Positions 1 through 13,400 of a DNA stretch of 64,000 nucleotides are shown in pieces (the first letter of the stretch is position 1; each line of letters begins with the position of its first letter). The notes below the pieces were generated by a model. That model had not been told where the DNA came from. It saw nothing but the letters and a program-made list of their open reading frames with translations, and did not search any database. The translations under genes were made by a program, and so were the position numbers. This DNA is from Podarcis pityusensis (Eukaryota). The DNA lies in the NCBI GenBank assembly GCA_964106645.2, contig OZ067039.1. The stretch is one strand, 5' to 3'.

Positions 1-1194
1 ATCTCCCCTCCAATACTTCATCACAAAGTGCTTTTGAAATTCTCCTTTATTTCAAAAGCATATTGGTATGTAGCATGGAGAAACACAAGGCAATTTTTAC
101 CTTGTGCACATGGAATAATTATTCTTTTCCAACAAATACCTCCTTTAAATTGGGACTCCTTCCTAGTCTGCATTGGTTTTAGATGTTTTCTTGTTTGTAT
201 GCTTGCCACCCTTGGCTCCTTTGGGAGGCGGGGAGGGAAACTACTACTACTATTGCTTCTGCTACTACTACTAGTGGGTATAGTCCACCAGGACACAAGC
301 CACAGAGCCATCGGTACTGCATCATGTCCTTAGGTTTCCATTTTTATTTAGATAGCCCTTTGGCCCATAACTTGTAATTTTTTTGAGACAAAATGAGGTT
401 TTAGCTAGTTGTTTTTATTGATGCCTTATCTGCTTTTCTTTTCTTTGTATTTTATTGCTCTTTTATTGTATTGTTTTTAATTACTGTTAGCTGCTTTGAG
501 TACCATTTGGTAGACTACAAACCTAACAAGAAATGAATTGTACCTCATTTACATGGCCATTTCCTTCTGCTCAAGTGTTGTAGCTTCAGTGGTTTTGTTG
601 ATATTAAGCAGGGTGTTCCTAAATATTAACAGTGCAATCATTTGTATGTCTACTGAGAAGAAAGGCAAATTGAATTCAATGAGACTTATTTCCAGGTAAG
701 TGTGCACAACAGGGGTGGGCAACTTGTGGCCCTCCAGATCTTGCTGTACTACATCAGCCCTAAGCATTGGCCAATTCATGATGGGACTGATGAGAGATGA
801 CGTTCAAAAGCATTCAGAGAGCCACAGGTTACCCTTCCATGGTCTATATGTTTGCAGTCCAAATGTGATAGCCATTGCTTGCATACCTTTGCAACCTCAC
901 AACTGTGTTTTAGGAAGAACTACTACTCCTTACTGAATTCTCTGGAAACATGGGTGCAACTGGTGAAAGAGGGGGAATCCCTTGATACCTTATCTGAGTC
1001 TTGAAATTATGCATCTCTGCTTAATGCAGCAGATATATGATGTTGAACTGTTGCCTTTGTAACCCTAGACATAGAGATTCCTAAACTAGTGAATATTACA
1101 TGTTCACCTGTAATACCAACAAGCCTTACTTATGTGTGTAATTTCATATGTTCTTTTCTTCTGCTTTCTTTCTTTTTTTTAAAAAAAAAATCAG

Positions 1195-1429
1195 GAATAG
1201 GTTATGCTTCCATAGTGATCGTGTCGCTTTTGAATGTGTATTACATCATCATCCTGGCTTGGGGACTGTACTATCTATTCCACTCTTTTACGAGTAAGCT
1301 GCCTTGGGCTTTCTGCGACCAAGAGTGGAACACAAAAAACTGCATAGAAGACACTCTCAGGAAGAACAAAACCCTCTGGTTGTCACTGAATACCACTAAC
1401 TTCACTTCTCCTGTGACAGAGTTTTGGGA
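1195..1429 (+). CDS. SLC6A6: SLC6A6 coding exon (TM3 and extracellular loop 2), 235 bp
   Basis: tcag|GAATAGGT...TGGGA|gtaagc; [79 protein letters not shown]. Confidence 0.95.
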
Positions 1430-4400
1430 GTAAGCAATTTTAATTGTTGCTCTTTGGAGAACTTTATAAGAGACATAGAACATAGAGTAAAATGGTGACT
1501 GACTAAAATTGTAAGGGGAAGTATGGAGTATTACCTACTTCTGTAGGAGTTTTGGATTATTATTACAAATTTTTAATTATTACTAATTTTAATTATTGTC
1601 GTCTTATGATATTTGGGTCATGTTTTAACATCTCTGTTTACTGTTCTGGATTCTGCAAGGAGGGAGGGCAGAGTATAAGAATAATAAATGAATACGTCAG
1701 GTTATAGAGTCGCAGAGACAATGCACACACCTGATATTCCTGTTTTGATTATGATTATGTGATTTAGCCCTATTCAAATAAAGTTTCAAGTTGACTCTGT
1801 GAATGATGGCCTTGATTCACCGTGCATTTTATACAGATATTTAACTTAATCATTGCACAAGTAATGTCATCTATGTGGGAGGTATTTGTTAACTTATTAC
1901 ACAGAAAGGCCTTAACAAAGAACTTTGCATTTTACATTAATTTTTAAAAATAACTTTTTATTGGGGTGGGGGTTTTTTTGCATCTTACATTAATGATAAA
2001 CGTTCAGTAATCTTATAACTACCATATGCTATATGTATTAACAGATTGAGGTCAACTGCATTGCCCTGAGCTAATAAGTTACATAACTCAGAATAATGTA
2101 TGTTGCCTTGTAAATATGTAAACCCCTTTATCATGTGTTAATTCACTTAAGTTTGGTACATTCAGAAGACAACAGTCCTACTGTGAATTAAATAATCCTT
2201 AGGAGCTGTTACAATGCCTGAATTATGAAGCCTGGTGCTCTTTATTAGGTGGAATGTTTCCTGAAATCTTTATCAGTTGTACTTGCTGAACACTAAACTT
2301 CTCAGGCATGGTTGACTTTATTGAAATGTTCACCTTTGTATGCTAAGTGACATCTTCCTCTTAGCAGTGTTGCTGATTGTGCATTGGAGGCCATCATTAT
2401 ATCTTATTTGAGCTAATGGTCTGTGTAAATCTCATGCTTGTTTGAGCAGCAGTCATAGGGGATAAGCAAATCTGGCTTTATTTCCAGAGTCTTACCTCTT
2501 GGGATTACATCACATGCTTTGATTTCTTAGTTGTGAAGATTTTATTTCATAGTATATAGTTGCAAACATAATGAAACAGTAAGAAGCAGGGGGCAATTAC
2601 CAGTAAACAAGAACTTTGATTGTTCCCTTCTACCAACCAAAAGCTTATAAGTGCTTAGGACTCAGCAGGCTTGGTTCATGTGAAATCTCAGGAAGCTGAT
2701 CACATGCTTCAGACATGCAAATCTAATAAGAGCTGAATAAAACGAAGCAAAATCCGCTTTTGGCTCATGTACACTTGATGCTAGCCATAAATCTAGCAAA
2801 ATGTTTTTGCTCTTTTCCTTCTTATGAGTGAGATCCTTGGGAACAGCTAGTTTATTATCCTCCATTTCTATTTTAAACAGTTCTTCATCTTAGCTGAAAT
2901 GGGACATGCTTCAGAAGTTACACAACTCCCCTAGTTCTGTGTTTTGTTTACTTATTAAAATGGATGTCTGTGTGATTATAGTGCTGTGATAGAAGCAGGT
3001 TGCTATCCTGTTCCCTTACCCCCCCTTAACTAAATTTATCTAAAATAATGATGATTGATTTGTTTACAATTCAAGGCAATATATAACAAAGTTGGAGAGG
3101 TTTGTGTATTTATACCTTCCCTGCACAACAGAAATTACTAGTTATGAGTGGAAATACTAAGAAGTTGTAAAGGTGGGTTTGTGGATTGATTTTTTTTTAT
3201 TTTAAAAAATCAGTTCTTTTCATTAGTTTTAGAGTAGCCCCATCAGATTCAAAGAGCATGCGCACGTGTACACGGCACCAAACCGGGAAGTGACCAGAAA
3301 ATGTCACTAAAGGGGCGGAATGGAATACTTTACGTGGGCCCCGCCGACATGCTCAGGAGTCCAGAATGTAACCCCTGTGCAAAGCAAGGATTGCCTGTAG
3401 ACAAATGGATTCAGTTCCAAGTATTCCAGAGTGAACAGAATAGTTTTAACAAGCTGAGGGATAATTATCACTCCCAGCTCTTTGGAAGACTACAAATAGA
3501 ACAATGGGCCTTTCCCATGTGTCCAGTTAATCTGTTTAAGCAACATGGGAAGTAGCATCATTCTGCTTTTAAAGACTGGTTCTTGTGAAGCAGCTGTTCA
3601 GTTTGTTTTATCATAACTTTTGTCTTGTGTCTTTCCTTTTTTTTATCCTTTAAGGCACAACGTATTGAGCTTGTCTTCAGGAATTGATGAGCCTGGTGTT
3701 GTCAAGTGGGACCTGGCACTATGTCTCCTCCTTGTCTGGGTGATATGTTTCTTTTGCATTTGGAAAGGTGTAAAGTCCACTGGGAAAGTAAGTGTTCTCA
3801 GCCTCTCCCTTTGCAATTATAACTGCCTTGTTTCTTGGAGCGCTGGTATTGGCAAGTCCAAAAAGAAAATGTTCTCTTTGGATCCAAGTTCCTCTCAGTC
3901 CCACAGTGCATCTCAAACTTGAACAAACTTCTAAGCATGCTCAATCTTTCCCCCACTTTTTGCTCCATAGTTTCCAATAGAGGGAAAATGAGGTGTTAAA
4001 AAGGCCTGATAAATTCAAAACATTACTCTGCCTTAACTTCTGTTCGATACTAGCAGAGCATAATCTGCCTTTGAATTCCACTCTCTTTACACACATACAC
4101 TTTAGGACTATAGCCAAAATGTTTAAATAGGTTCAGAAATTAGTTTTATGCAGTGGTTTTACACACTCTCCACATCATCTTGGGCTTAAAATGATTGAAT
4201 TGACTTCTTATCAAAGGCTAGGTTCCCAATGTTATTTTGAACCTTTCCTAGAATCATAGAATTGCAGAGTTGGAAGGGACCTTGAGGGTCATCTAGTCCA
4301 GGGGTCAGCAAACTTTTTCAGCAGCGGGCCGGCCCACTGTCCCTCAGACCTTGTGGGGGGCCGGCCCATATTTTTTGGGGGGGAAATCACCAAATTCCTA

Positions 4401-7400
4401 TGCCCCACAAATAACCCAGATATGCATTTTTAATAAAAGCACACATTCTACTCATGTCAAAACACCAGGCATGCACCACAAATAACCCAGAGATGCATTT
4501 TAAATAAAAGGACACATTCTACTCATATAAAAACACACTGATTCCCAGACGGTCCGTGGGCCAGATTTAGAAGGCGATTGGGCCGCATCCGGCTCCCGGA
4601 CCTTAGTTTGCCTGCCCATGATCTAGTCCAACCCCTGCAATGCAGGATTCACAACGTGGCTGAAGCCATACCAAGCCCTGCAAATATGCTAGAAGTTTTA
4701 TTACTGCACCTCAACATATTCCTTGTTTATCCAAGGATGGAGGATGCATTTATTTATTACGTTGTTTCCTCTGTGAACTCTTTGGCTAGACCCACTGAAA
4801 ACTTGGGAAAAACTCAGAGTGAGTTCAGAAACTCTCATAACATCTGGCTTCTGTTTTTGAGTTGTTTCTCCAAGGTCATAGCTGTAGAACATTCTTAGAT
4901 TTTTTTCTTTTTCTTTGAATTGATGAACAGACCTCTTTGATTTTCCACATTTGTCAACAGTGTACTTCTGGAAGATAATTCCTTGCCCAACGATAATAAT
5001 TAGATAGCAGTCAGGTCTCCTTTCATTTTAAACATATGTAAAAAGAAAAAAGTACATAAATTTGAATGTCCAACCAACCTCTTTTTAAAAAAAAAATCCA
5101 AAAAGCAATTTGCATAGCTCAGTGTTTGTTCTGGCTGAAAATATTTCTCTTACAATTAATTCACATTGGCAAAATATGCTAGGTTGGCTTAGTTTGAAAT
5201 AATTTCTCAGAAACAATCTTGGGGTGAAAAAGCTGGTGAGTTTTGTTTCTTTAAGTCACTTTGAGTCACTTGTGGGGAAAAAGTGACTAATGAATGTAGT
5301 AATAGTAACAGTTAAAGTTGATAATTGTGATGAACAAAAAAACCCAACCTACTTACAAATACTTGTTTAATACAGAAAAGAAGGGGAAATAACAAAGGCA
5401 AGGATTATATTTAAAAGCAAAACAAAATACTTTTGGAAGAAAAATTCAGGAAAAAATTACACACAGAGAAATGTAATTTACCAAAAGAAAAGCAGGGCAT
5501 GATATGGAAGGGTGTTGCATTTAGAGATCAGACTGGCTGCAGAAATTATTATGGTGCAACAGGCTTTGATATCTGCCTGTTAAATCTCTCGAGGTTCACT
5601 TAAAAGGCAGGAAGATGCATCTCAGGAGCTTTTATCTTGCTAAACCAATTTCACAAAAACAAAACTATATTAAAGTAGCAGAGCTGTAATTACTGGGTGG
5701 CATCATCTGACCCTATTAGCAGAAGAAAGGAACCAAATAAATAAATAAACATAAGTTTGAGGCAGATTTCCAGAAGGCACACATGTACTTTGGGACAATC
5801 ATTCAGAAGTAAGCAAGGGGTACAATTCAGCTAGGGTAATCTCTTGTGCATACTGATTTTATATATCACCTTCTATTTATTCAGTTTGTGTTACAAGACA
5901 TTCTCAGTTGATCATGCCCAGGTTCATCCTTTTTCTGTGCTGGATACAATAGGAACAAAGTTAGGTGCCTTTGATACAGTAGTTCTGTATTTACAACACT
6001 GACTGGCAGCAACTCTCCAGTATTTGAAGTAGGGGTCCCTCCCAGTCCTACCTGGAAGTGCTGGGGGTTGAATCTGGGACCTTCCGTGGCAAAAAAATGT
6101 TCACCATTGAGCTATGGCGCTTCAGATGATAAGTAAGGAACAGCTCTTTATTGGGTGGGTGGTTGTGATCTACATGGGGTGCCACACATCGGTTCCAGTC
6201 TTTAGTGAATCTCCTGATGAAGAGTGTTTAATGATATTATAAATACATAAGTTCTATTGAGCGTACTAGGGAAGGAAGGAACACCTCCAGTACTCAAATT
6301 TCACTGCTGTATATGTGATTTATTTATTTTAATACTACATTCTTCATTATTGTGGTGAATGCCACCTGTAGACATCTGTATAATGAGAATGAAGTGTGTT
6401 GCCTTGTCGGCCTCACTAGTGGTCCAACCAGCACAGCCCAATGGTCAGAGATGATGGTAGTTGGAGAGCACCATGTTGATCACGCCTGACATAGCGGTGA
6501 CCTGGGGGAACTGGAAACAGAAACGTGACCAGTATTAAAGTCAGCATTAAAGTCCGATAATGTACTTTCTCTGTCATGATGGATATATGCGCATGCAGTT
6601 AAGGGGAACCTGCTGTGATCCATTGAATAATGAAAGCTGAGAGCAAACAGGAGGATAAGAATTGAAGATAAGAGATGAGACCATTTGTAACCTCAAATAC
6701 CAGGCGTATACAATTAAAATTCTAGCTTTTTATTATCAAAAAGTGATAACATTTATCATTTTTAATACCAGGTTGTGTACATAACAGCAACATTCCCATT
6801 CATCATGCTTCTTGTACTGTTAATCCGTGGTGTCACTTTACCTGGAGCTTCAACGGGCATCAAGTTTTATCTTTACCCTGACATCTCTCGGCTAGCAGAT
6901 CCACAGGTGGGTTTCTAAAAACTGGAAGTGGTGATACTTGTCTTCCTATGCTCTAAACAAAATGTGAGGAGGGCAGAGGGATGATTGTGCAATAGATTTT
7001 CTTGTAATCTTGAAGCAGTCAAAACCTAATTGAAGATTACCTCCATGGTGTTATTTCTTTCTACCGTATCTTGTCAAAAAGGTTATTATTGTTAATGTGT
7101 TAATGCATTTTCCATGTGTGTATATCTTTTTATATCAGAAGGATTCTGAGGCTTGTAGACTCTGTCCAAATATAGCATCTCAGCTTTTTTGTTGATATTA
7201 GGCTGTGGACAAGGTAAGGGAGATAATTTTTGCTTCAGTCTTTAGCTCTTAAAGGCAGCAAAATTATGGAGCAGCGAACAGAACGGTAAGGAGCACTTGT
7301 GAGTATTTGCAACTGTCCGTGTCATATGGACGCCCTTGGGGGAAAGCAGTTAAGGACAGTGAAATAAAATGGGAAATGCTGAATACCTTTCACATTCTTT

Positions 7401-10400
7401 GTAGAAACTTGCTTCTATGCAAATGTTTGGAAGATAGCACCCTTAGTAAAGCGCAGGAGTATAGCACTTCCTTTTCTTTTTTTTCTCCATCTTCAACTGC
7501 TTACAAATTATGTGACAGTTTATTTTATGATCTGGTCAGCCACAAGCTCTACCCCATCGCAATGGGGAAATGCAAAACTGTTAAAGTGGGGTGGGGGTGG
7601 GGAATGCACATAAAACTATGGTAATATTGTGATACGAGCAGTGAATGAAAAGCAACTTATGATACAAGCTGGATGAAAATGCCACTGAGTACAATTCATC
7701 TGGAACACCGTTTATAGCAGCATTGAAGTTATGTGAGAGGTTGCTGCTTCTTTCCTGTTCTGATTCATTAAACTGTTCTCTGTTAGCCTAAGCCAGGGCT
7801 GGGGAACCCCTTTCAGGCCAAGGGTCACATTCCCACCTGGGCAGCCTTCTGTGGGGCAGGGAACACATGCCAGCGGTGGGAGGGGACAGTTGCAAAAGTG
7901 GGTGAAGCAACAAATGCAATTTTTACCTTTGTACAGTAGGACTCATTTCTACACACACAGCCCTTGCTATCCTCCATCCAGGAAACCAAGAGGCATTGTC
8001 ATAGTTCAAAGACATATTCCAGCAAAGGGAAAACCCTTAAGGGAGATCTGAAATAGTGCTGGTGGAGGGTATGGCATGAGAGAGTTCTAGGGGGTAGACA
8101 GAGAGGGCTGGAGGGCAGTGTTTTGCCCTTAGCCATTTGGTGAGGTTCCCTACCACTGGCCTAAGCAGAGCGCACTGGAAGACATAATTGGCCACAGCAA
8201 GAAAAACCCTAAGAGGTATTGGGAGGGAGCATAGTGCTATCCACCAAAAAGCCTGGGATCCTTAAACCACTGAACTGATCTTGAAATGTATCTTGTGTGT
8301 ATATAAGTCTGCTGGGATCTACAACGGGTGATGCTCAAAACTGGGACTGTATATATGTAATGCTCTGTTGTTTTTGTTTAAAAGAACTGATTGCGTTTTT
8401 ATTCACTTTTATGCCAAAATGTTGTGATATGGTATTGAACAGCGTAGGTGCATTCAGTGGCTAGCATTTATGAGCGGATTATTTTAAAGAGACGTCTATT
8501 GTTGTCACATTGTGGGGGTTGCATAGTCTGTATTAGCTTTAGATAAATTGCTGGTGCTGGTGCAAAATGCAGCCTTCTAATGGGCCTTTTCGTGTTTTCT
8601 TTAGGTCTGGATAGATGCTGGGACGCAAATCTTCTTCTCCTATGCAATCTGCTTAGGTGCAATGACTTCCTTGGGGAGCTACAATAAATACAAATACAAC
8701 TGCTATAGGCAAGTTTCCTACCAAAGGGGTTTAGTACATGTTAGCTAATTGATGTGTAGGGAACCATGGGTTCAATTTTTTTCTCCAATTAACTTCCTCC
8801 ATGACATATGTGTGACNNNNNNNNNNNNNNNNNNNNNNNNNNNNNNNNNNNNNNNNNNNNNNNNNNNNNNNNNNNNNNNNNNNNNNNNNNNNNNNNNNNN
8901 NNNNNNNNNNNNNNNNNNNNNNNNNNNNNNNNNNNNNNNNNNNNNNNNCGATGGTGTCGGTGGCAGTGATGGTGGGCACTGCCACCCAGTGTGTGAGCAA
9001 AGTAATACAAACCAAATCAACAGCCCCTCTCCCCCTCCCCCCAAAAGGAGATATTTTGAAAAGTAAAATTACTCAGCATTTCAGGAGACAAAGTCTTAAT
9101 TTATTTCAATGGGTGTGACAGTTCGAAACAAGTTGAAAACATGCAGAAACATAAAATGGAATTGAGTTTAAAAGAAATTCCCCGAACAGAGTCAAAAATA
9201 TGCGAGATGCAAACAGTTTATAAATATATGAACCTCTGTGGTCGCTCTCCATTTGCTTCAATCAAATTCCTAATAGATATGATCGCCGAAAGCTCCATAG
9301 ACCCACAGCAAGTGGCCTCAAGAGATTATAGCTGTGCTAGGATATGCCTTGAGTTTTATTGCACCATGTATATTTTAGTGAAGGGCCATTGTTTTCCACG
9401 ACAAGGCTGTATAGAAACTAGAAAGAGAGGAGCCCCCCTTTTCGCACCCTTCCTGCCCTCCCAACATATTTTACATTCGTGCATAGAGCACTTCCATATA
9501 CAGGAAACAGTGGATTGATTTCTACACATATTTCCCTGGGATACATGTGCATTAAAAGAACAATATGTCCTTAACTCATTTACTTTCGAACAAAGCATGC
9601 ATACTTTTCTGGACTTGCCTTGTAACACCTGAGGAAGCACAGCAACTCAAATTAACTATGCCTTCGAAGCCCAGACGTGCTAGACCAAATGCTCTTTTCA
9701 TTGTAGTCTATGTGAACTTACTTAAAACGATAGCACTTAGACTGGCTGGCAGCAATTTCTGCAACTAGCTAGTAAAAAGGGTATTGTAGAACCCCAGAGG
9801 TTTCTGCTGGTCATATCCATTATACACATTTTATTTTTCTCTGTGAGTGCAGGTTTGGCAAGGTTCAAAACAGCTTGAAAAGGCAAGAAATGTGCATCGG
9901 CATTGGATGTGAAGCCATTAAAAGGCTGTGACTACCCTAATATTAATGCACACCTCAGGCAGCAGACAAAGGTCACCCATTTGGGTGCTGGGGGGAAAAC
10001 TTGTACTGTGATTTTGCCGTGCCATATTGTCAAATAGATCGGTTTTTCTTCCTATAGTGCCATTTTAATAGTGGTGAGGAATGCCAGTGAAGATTGGTAT
10101 ATTCCCTCAAATTTTATTTTTCTTTATTTAACAAACAAGGCTAGTTCTTCAAGGCAGGCAGGCAGGAAAATGAGGGAGCTGGGAATGGCTGTTAACATCC
10201 CAATGCAGAGCTTAACCCTGTTGATTTCAATTATCTTAAGCATGCTTAAGGCTGCAATCCTATGCACACATATCTTGAGAGCAAACCACACTGAACACAG
10301 CAGGTTTTATGAGTAAGCATGTGCTTGTCAGTCTGTTGAAAGATTGTAGCCATCAGATCTAAATGTTTGATGCCTTAGTCTTACACAGCACTTTTTAAAA

Positions 10401-13400
10401 TGAAAAAGTGGCTAAGGCTGATCTTAACTTAGACTCACTTAGTTCAGTCGGACTTACTTCCAAGTACAAGTGGGTAGGAGATCAGCCTAAGTAACTTTAT
10501 GAGCAGATACAATAGTTGGCCATAGTGAGCTCCATTGAGAGATGAGCCCAGGAAACCAGTACTTTTTAGCTCTGTATGCATAGAACAGCTTGAGGTGAGC
10601 ATAGTCTCTCCCCCCCTTTTTTTCTTTTAAAAAAGCTAAAATATTTTCAAGGGGAAGTGGAGGAACTGGATTCAGTTCTATTTCCCTTCCTAAATAACTG
10701 ACTGATGCAATTTTTATTTTTTTAAAATAATGTATTCAGTTCCAGCAGTTGGTTCACAAGAGGGAATAATGTGGATAAGACCCATTTGTACATTTTGTTC
10801 CTTACCCAGCAAGAGATGTTTGTCATGAGCATAACCTTAAATATGCATTTGCCCCAATGCCACCAATTCAGAGATAAGTGGCTGCACTTAATTTCCATTG
10901 AAATCAAGGGCACTTCTAACTTAAATCTCATTGATTTTAGTGGGTCATGCTCAACTAACTTTTCTGAGGTGAAGACCATAGATTCAGGATTGGGGTGCCA
11001 GCATTTTTTCATTTTGCTGCACCGATCTGCCTTTCCATTCAGTTTAATGGCATGGAAAATGGAAGGTACCAGAGGCATTCAGTGGTGAGTGACAAGGACT
11101 AATCTGCGGAGAGAATTCTTCTGCTGTACTTTGTAACAGATAAAAGAAGAAGAAAAACAAAGTAGAGCTATAAACTGGAATGCCAGTGTATTTTCTTTAA
11201 ACAAAAGCTTGTATGAAAAGTGTTGATGTAATATTTTCAGTCATCTTTAAAACTACCCAAATACATTAAACATAAACAATAGCGCTTTTTGGCTTTTTCA
11301 TCCCTATATGATTCTTTATTGCCCCTGAATAAGTGTCACCAATATAAACTGAAAGCTCATCTCATTGTAGTGCATGACTGTCACGTGCCATGGAAATGAG
11401 CTTGGTTTTGGCTTCGAGTGGCTCATCCACAGTGCAAATATGGAATAATCTACCAATGATTATTAACAATACTAGTTGAGGGACATTAGCCTTATTTCAG
11501 CCAGCAGGTTTTCAGAATGAAAAAACAGCAGCTATTGCTTTGTATCTTAAAAGAATACTGCCTACTGATAGCAGCAAATTGATTCATTATAGACATTGGG
11601 TAAGCCATTAACACAATGCAGCTACCAACCCCTTCAGAGGAAGGGACGGAGGATTGATTATTTAGATAGTCAAATCAGTTTTTCCACTTCATTTGTTGTG
11701 GTATAGAAATGCTTTTTGTTGGCATTGATAGAACTGTGGAGGGGTCTAACAGCTCCAAATCTGGCCTGTGGAGCACAAATCCCAAACCCTTGAAGGATAT
11801 TTTGTTGGTTTTATTTGTCCAAGGAGGGGCTGGGGGTTGCGAAAACAAAGAGAACATGTATGGCATTTCCCCCCTCCTCTGTTCGTAAAGGAGCACAGGA
11901 ACCGGTCATCCCATAAGTATGTCTCATTTACACCATAAGCCCAGCTGCTCATCTTCTATCTTATTCACTTTCTGCATGATGCGTGTAGAGTTTGACCTAT
12001 TCTTGGCATGTTGAGGCAGATGCTGAGACTGAAAGTGGATAAATAATGGCTTTTGAATTTGATCATTGAAGTTCCTGTTCTAGCAATGCATGCTTCTTTG
12101 TCAGATAAAGGATCCAAGTGAATTCCATTCTGGAATCTTCAGTTGGGTTTTGGTTTATCTGAATCGAATCAAGCATCTGTTCTGGAGAGGCAGAGGGGGT
12201 CTTGCCTTTAAGAATGAGCTGCTAACTTACTACATCTTCTCCTCTTTCTCTCCCTTTATTCCTTTAGGTCCAGGCCTGGCCTTTATTGCCTATCCGAAAG
12301 CTGTGTCCATGATGCCACTCCCAACTTTTTGGGCTATTCTTTTTTTTATTATGCTTCTGTTGCTTGGCCTGGACAGCCAGGTGAGTAACCATAGCAACAA
12401 ACACAGCATCCATACTGTATGATGGAAAATTTAACAATGTAATTGGGTTTGTTGCATTTTATGCTCTGGGGCAAATGCATCATAAATGTTGCAGAAAAGG
12501 ATTGCTTCATTCTCTAGCAGAGAAAGGATAACCGCTGTTAATCAGTGTTAGCCTATGCACTGTTTTGAAGTGTATGAAGTGGCTAATTAAGTTATTTAGG
12601 AAGTTTTCAGCTAAATCAGAAAGGGACAAAGCCATCCTTGGGATGTGGGGTTGAGTACCCTTGCATGTCCTGCCTTTCATAAGGTCTCTTACAGTTTAGC
12701 ACCCTTGAAAACTGAAACCATGGATAAGCTCTCTATTAAAACAGTTAGACTAAATGGGTGGTACACATTGGTACTGTTGTTATTCCTTGAGGAAATGGAT
12801 GGCTGCCCCGCCTCCCCAAAGAGACCTATTTATATGACGCAAATAAATCTGTTAATAATTTGTAGGCTATTGCTAGTTGCACAGATGTACCAGGGATTTA
12901 GGGGGTACTTCATTGAGTTGGTTTAAGAATTTAAACTAACAAGGTTCTATTTATTCCTTGGGAAAGTAGCTTTAACATTAAATAAATCTACTTGACAGGG
13001 GCAGAAAGTTTACTGAATTCAAAACCTCTCATATGAGCAGCGATTAGTGGAGTTTTCCCTCTGGCTGTTACTCACTTGATCTCTTAAATTGGCAAAGCAT
13101 TCCATTTGTTCTAAATGGCTCTTTAGTGCTTAATCTTTGAACTCCAGTGAGTGACTTTTAATCACTTCCAAATTGAATGTTAAAACATGCTTGGTGCTGT
13201 GGTTCTGCAACCAAGTACTTATGTAAATTGAGGGTTGCCTAGTAATTTTAAGTCATTTCTCACTGTGTCGAATAATTAAAACTAATTGGAGCACTTAATG
13301 TTTTGTTTGCTTTTGGAGCGCTGTCAGGCAGGATTTTGGAATGCTAGAATAGCTTAGAAGCAAGCTAGACTATAGTTGTATTGCAACAGAAGAAAAAAAA

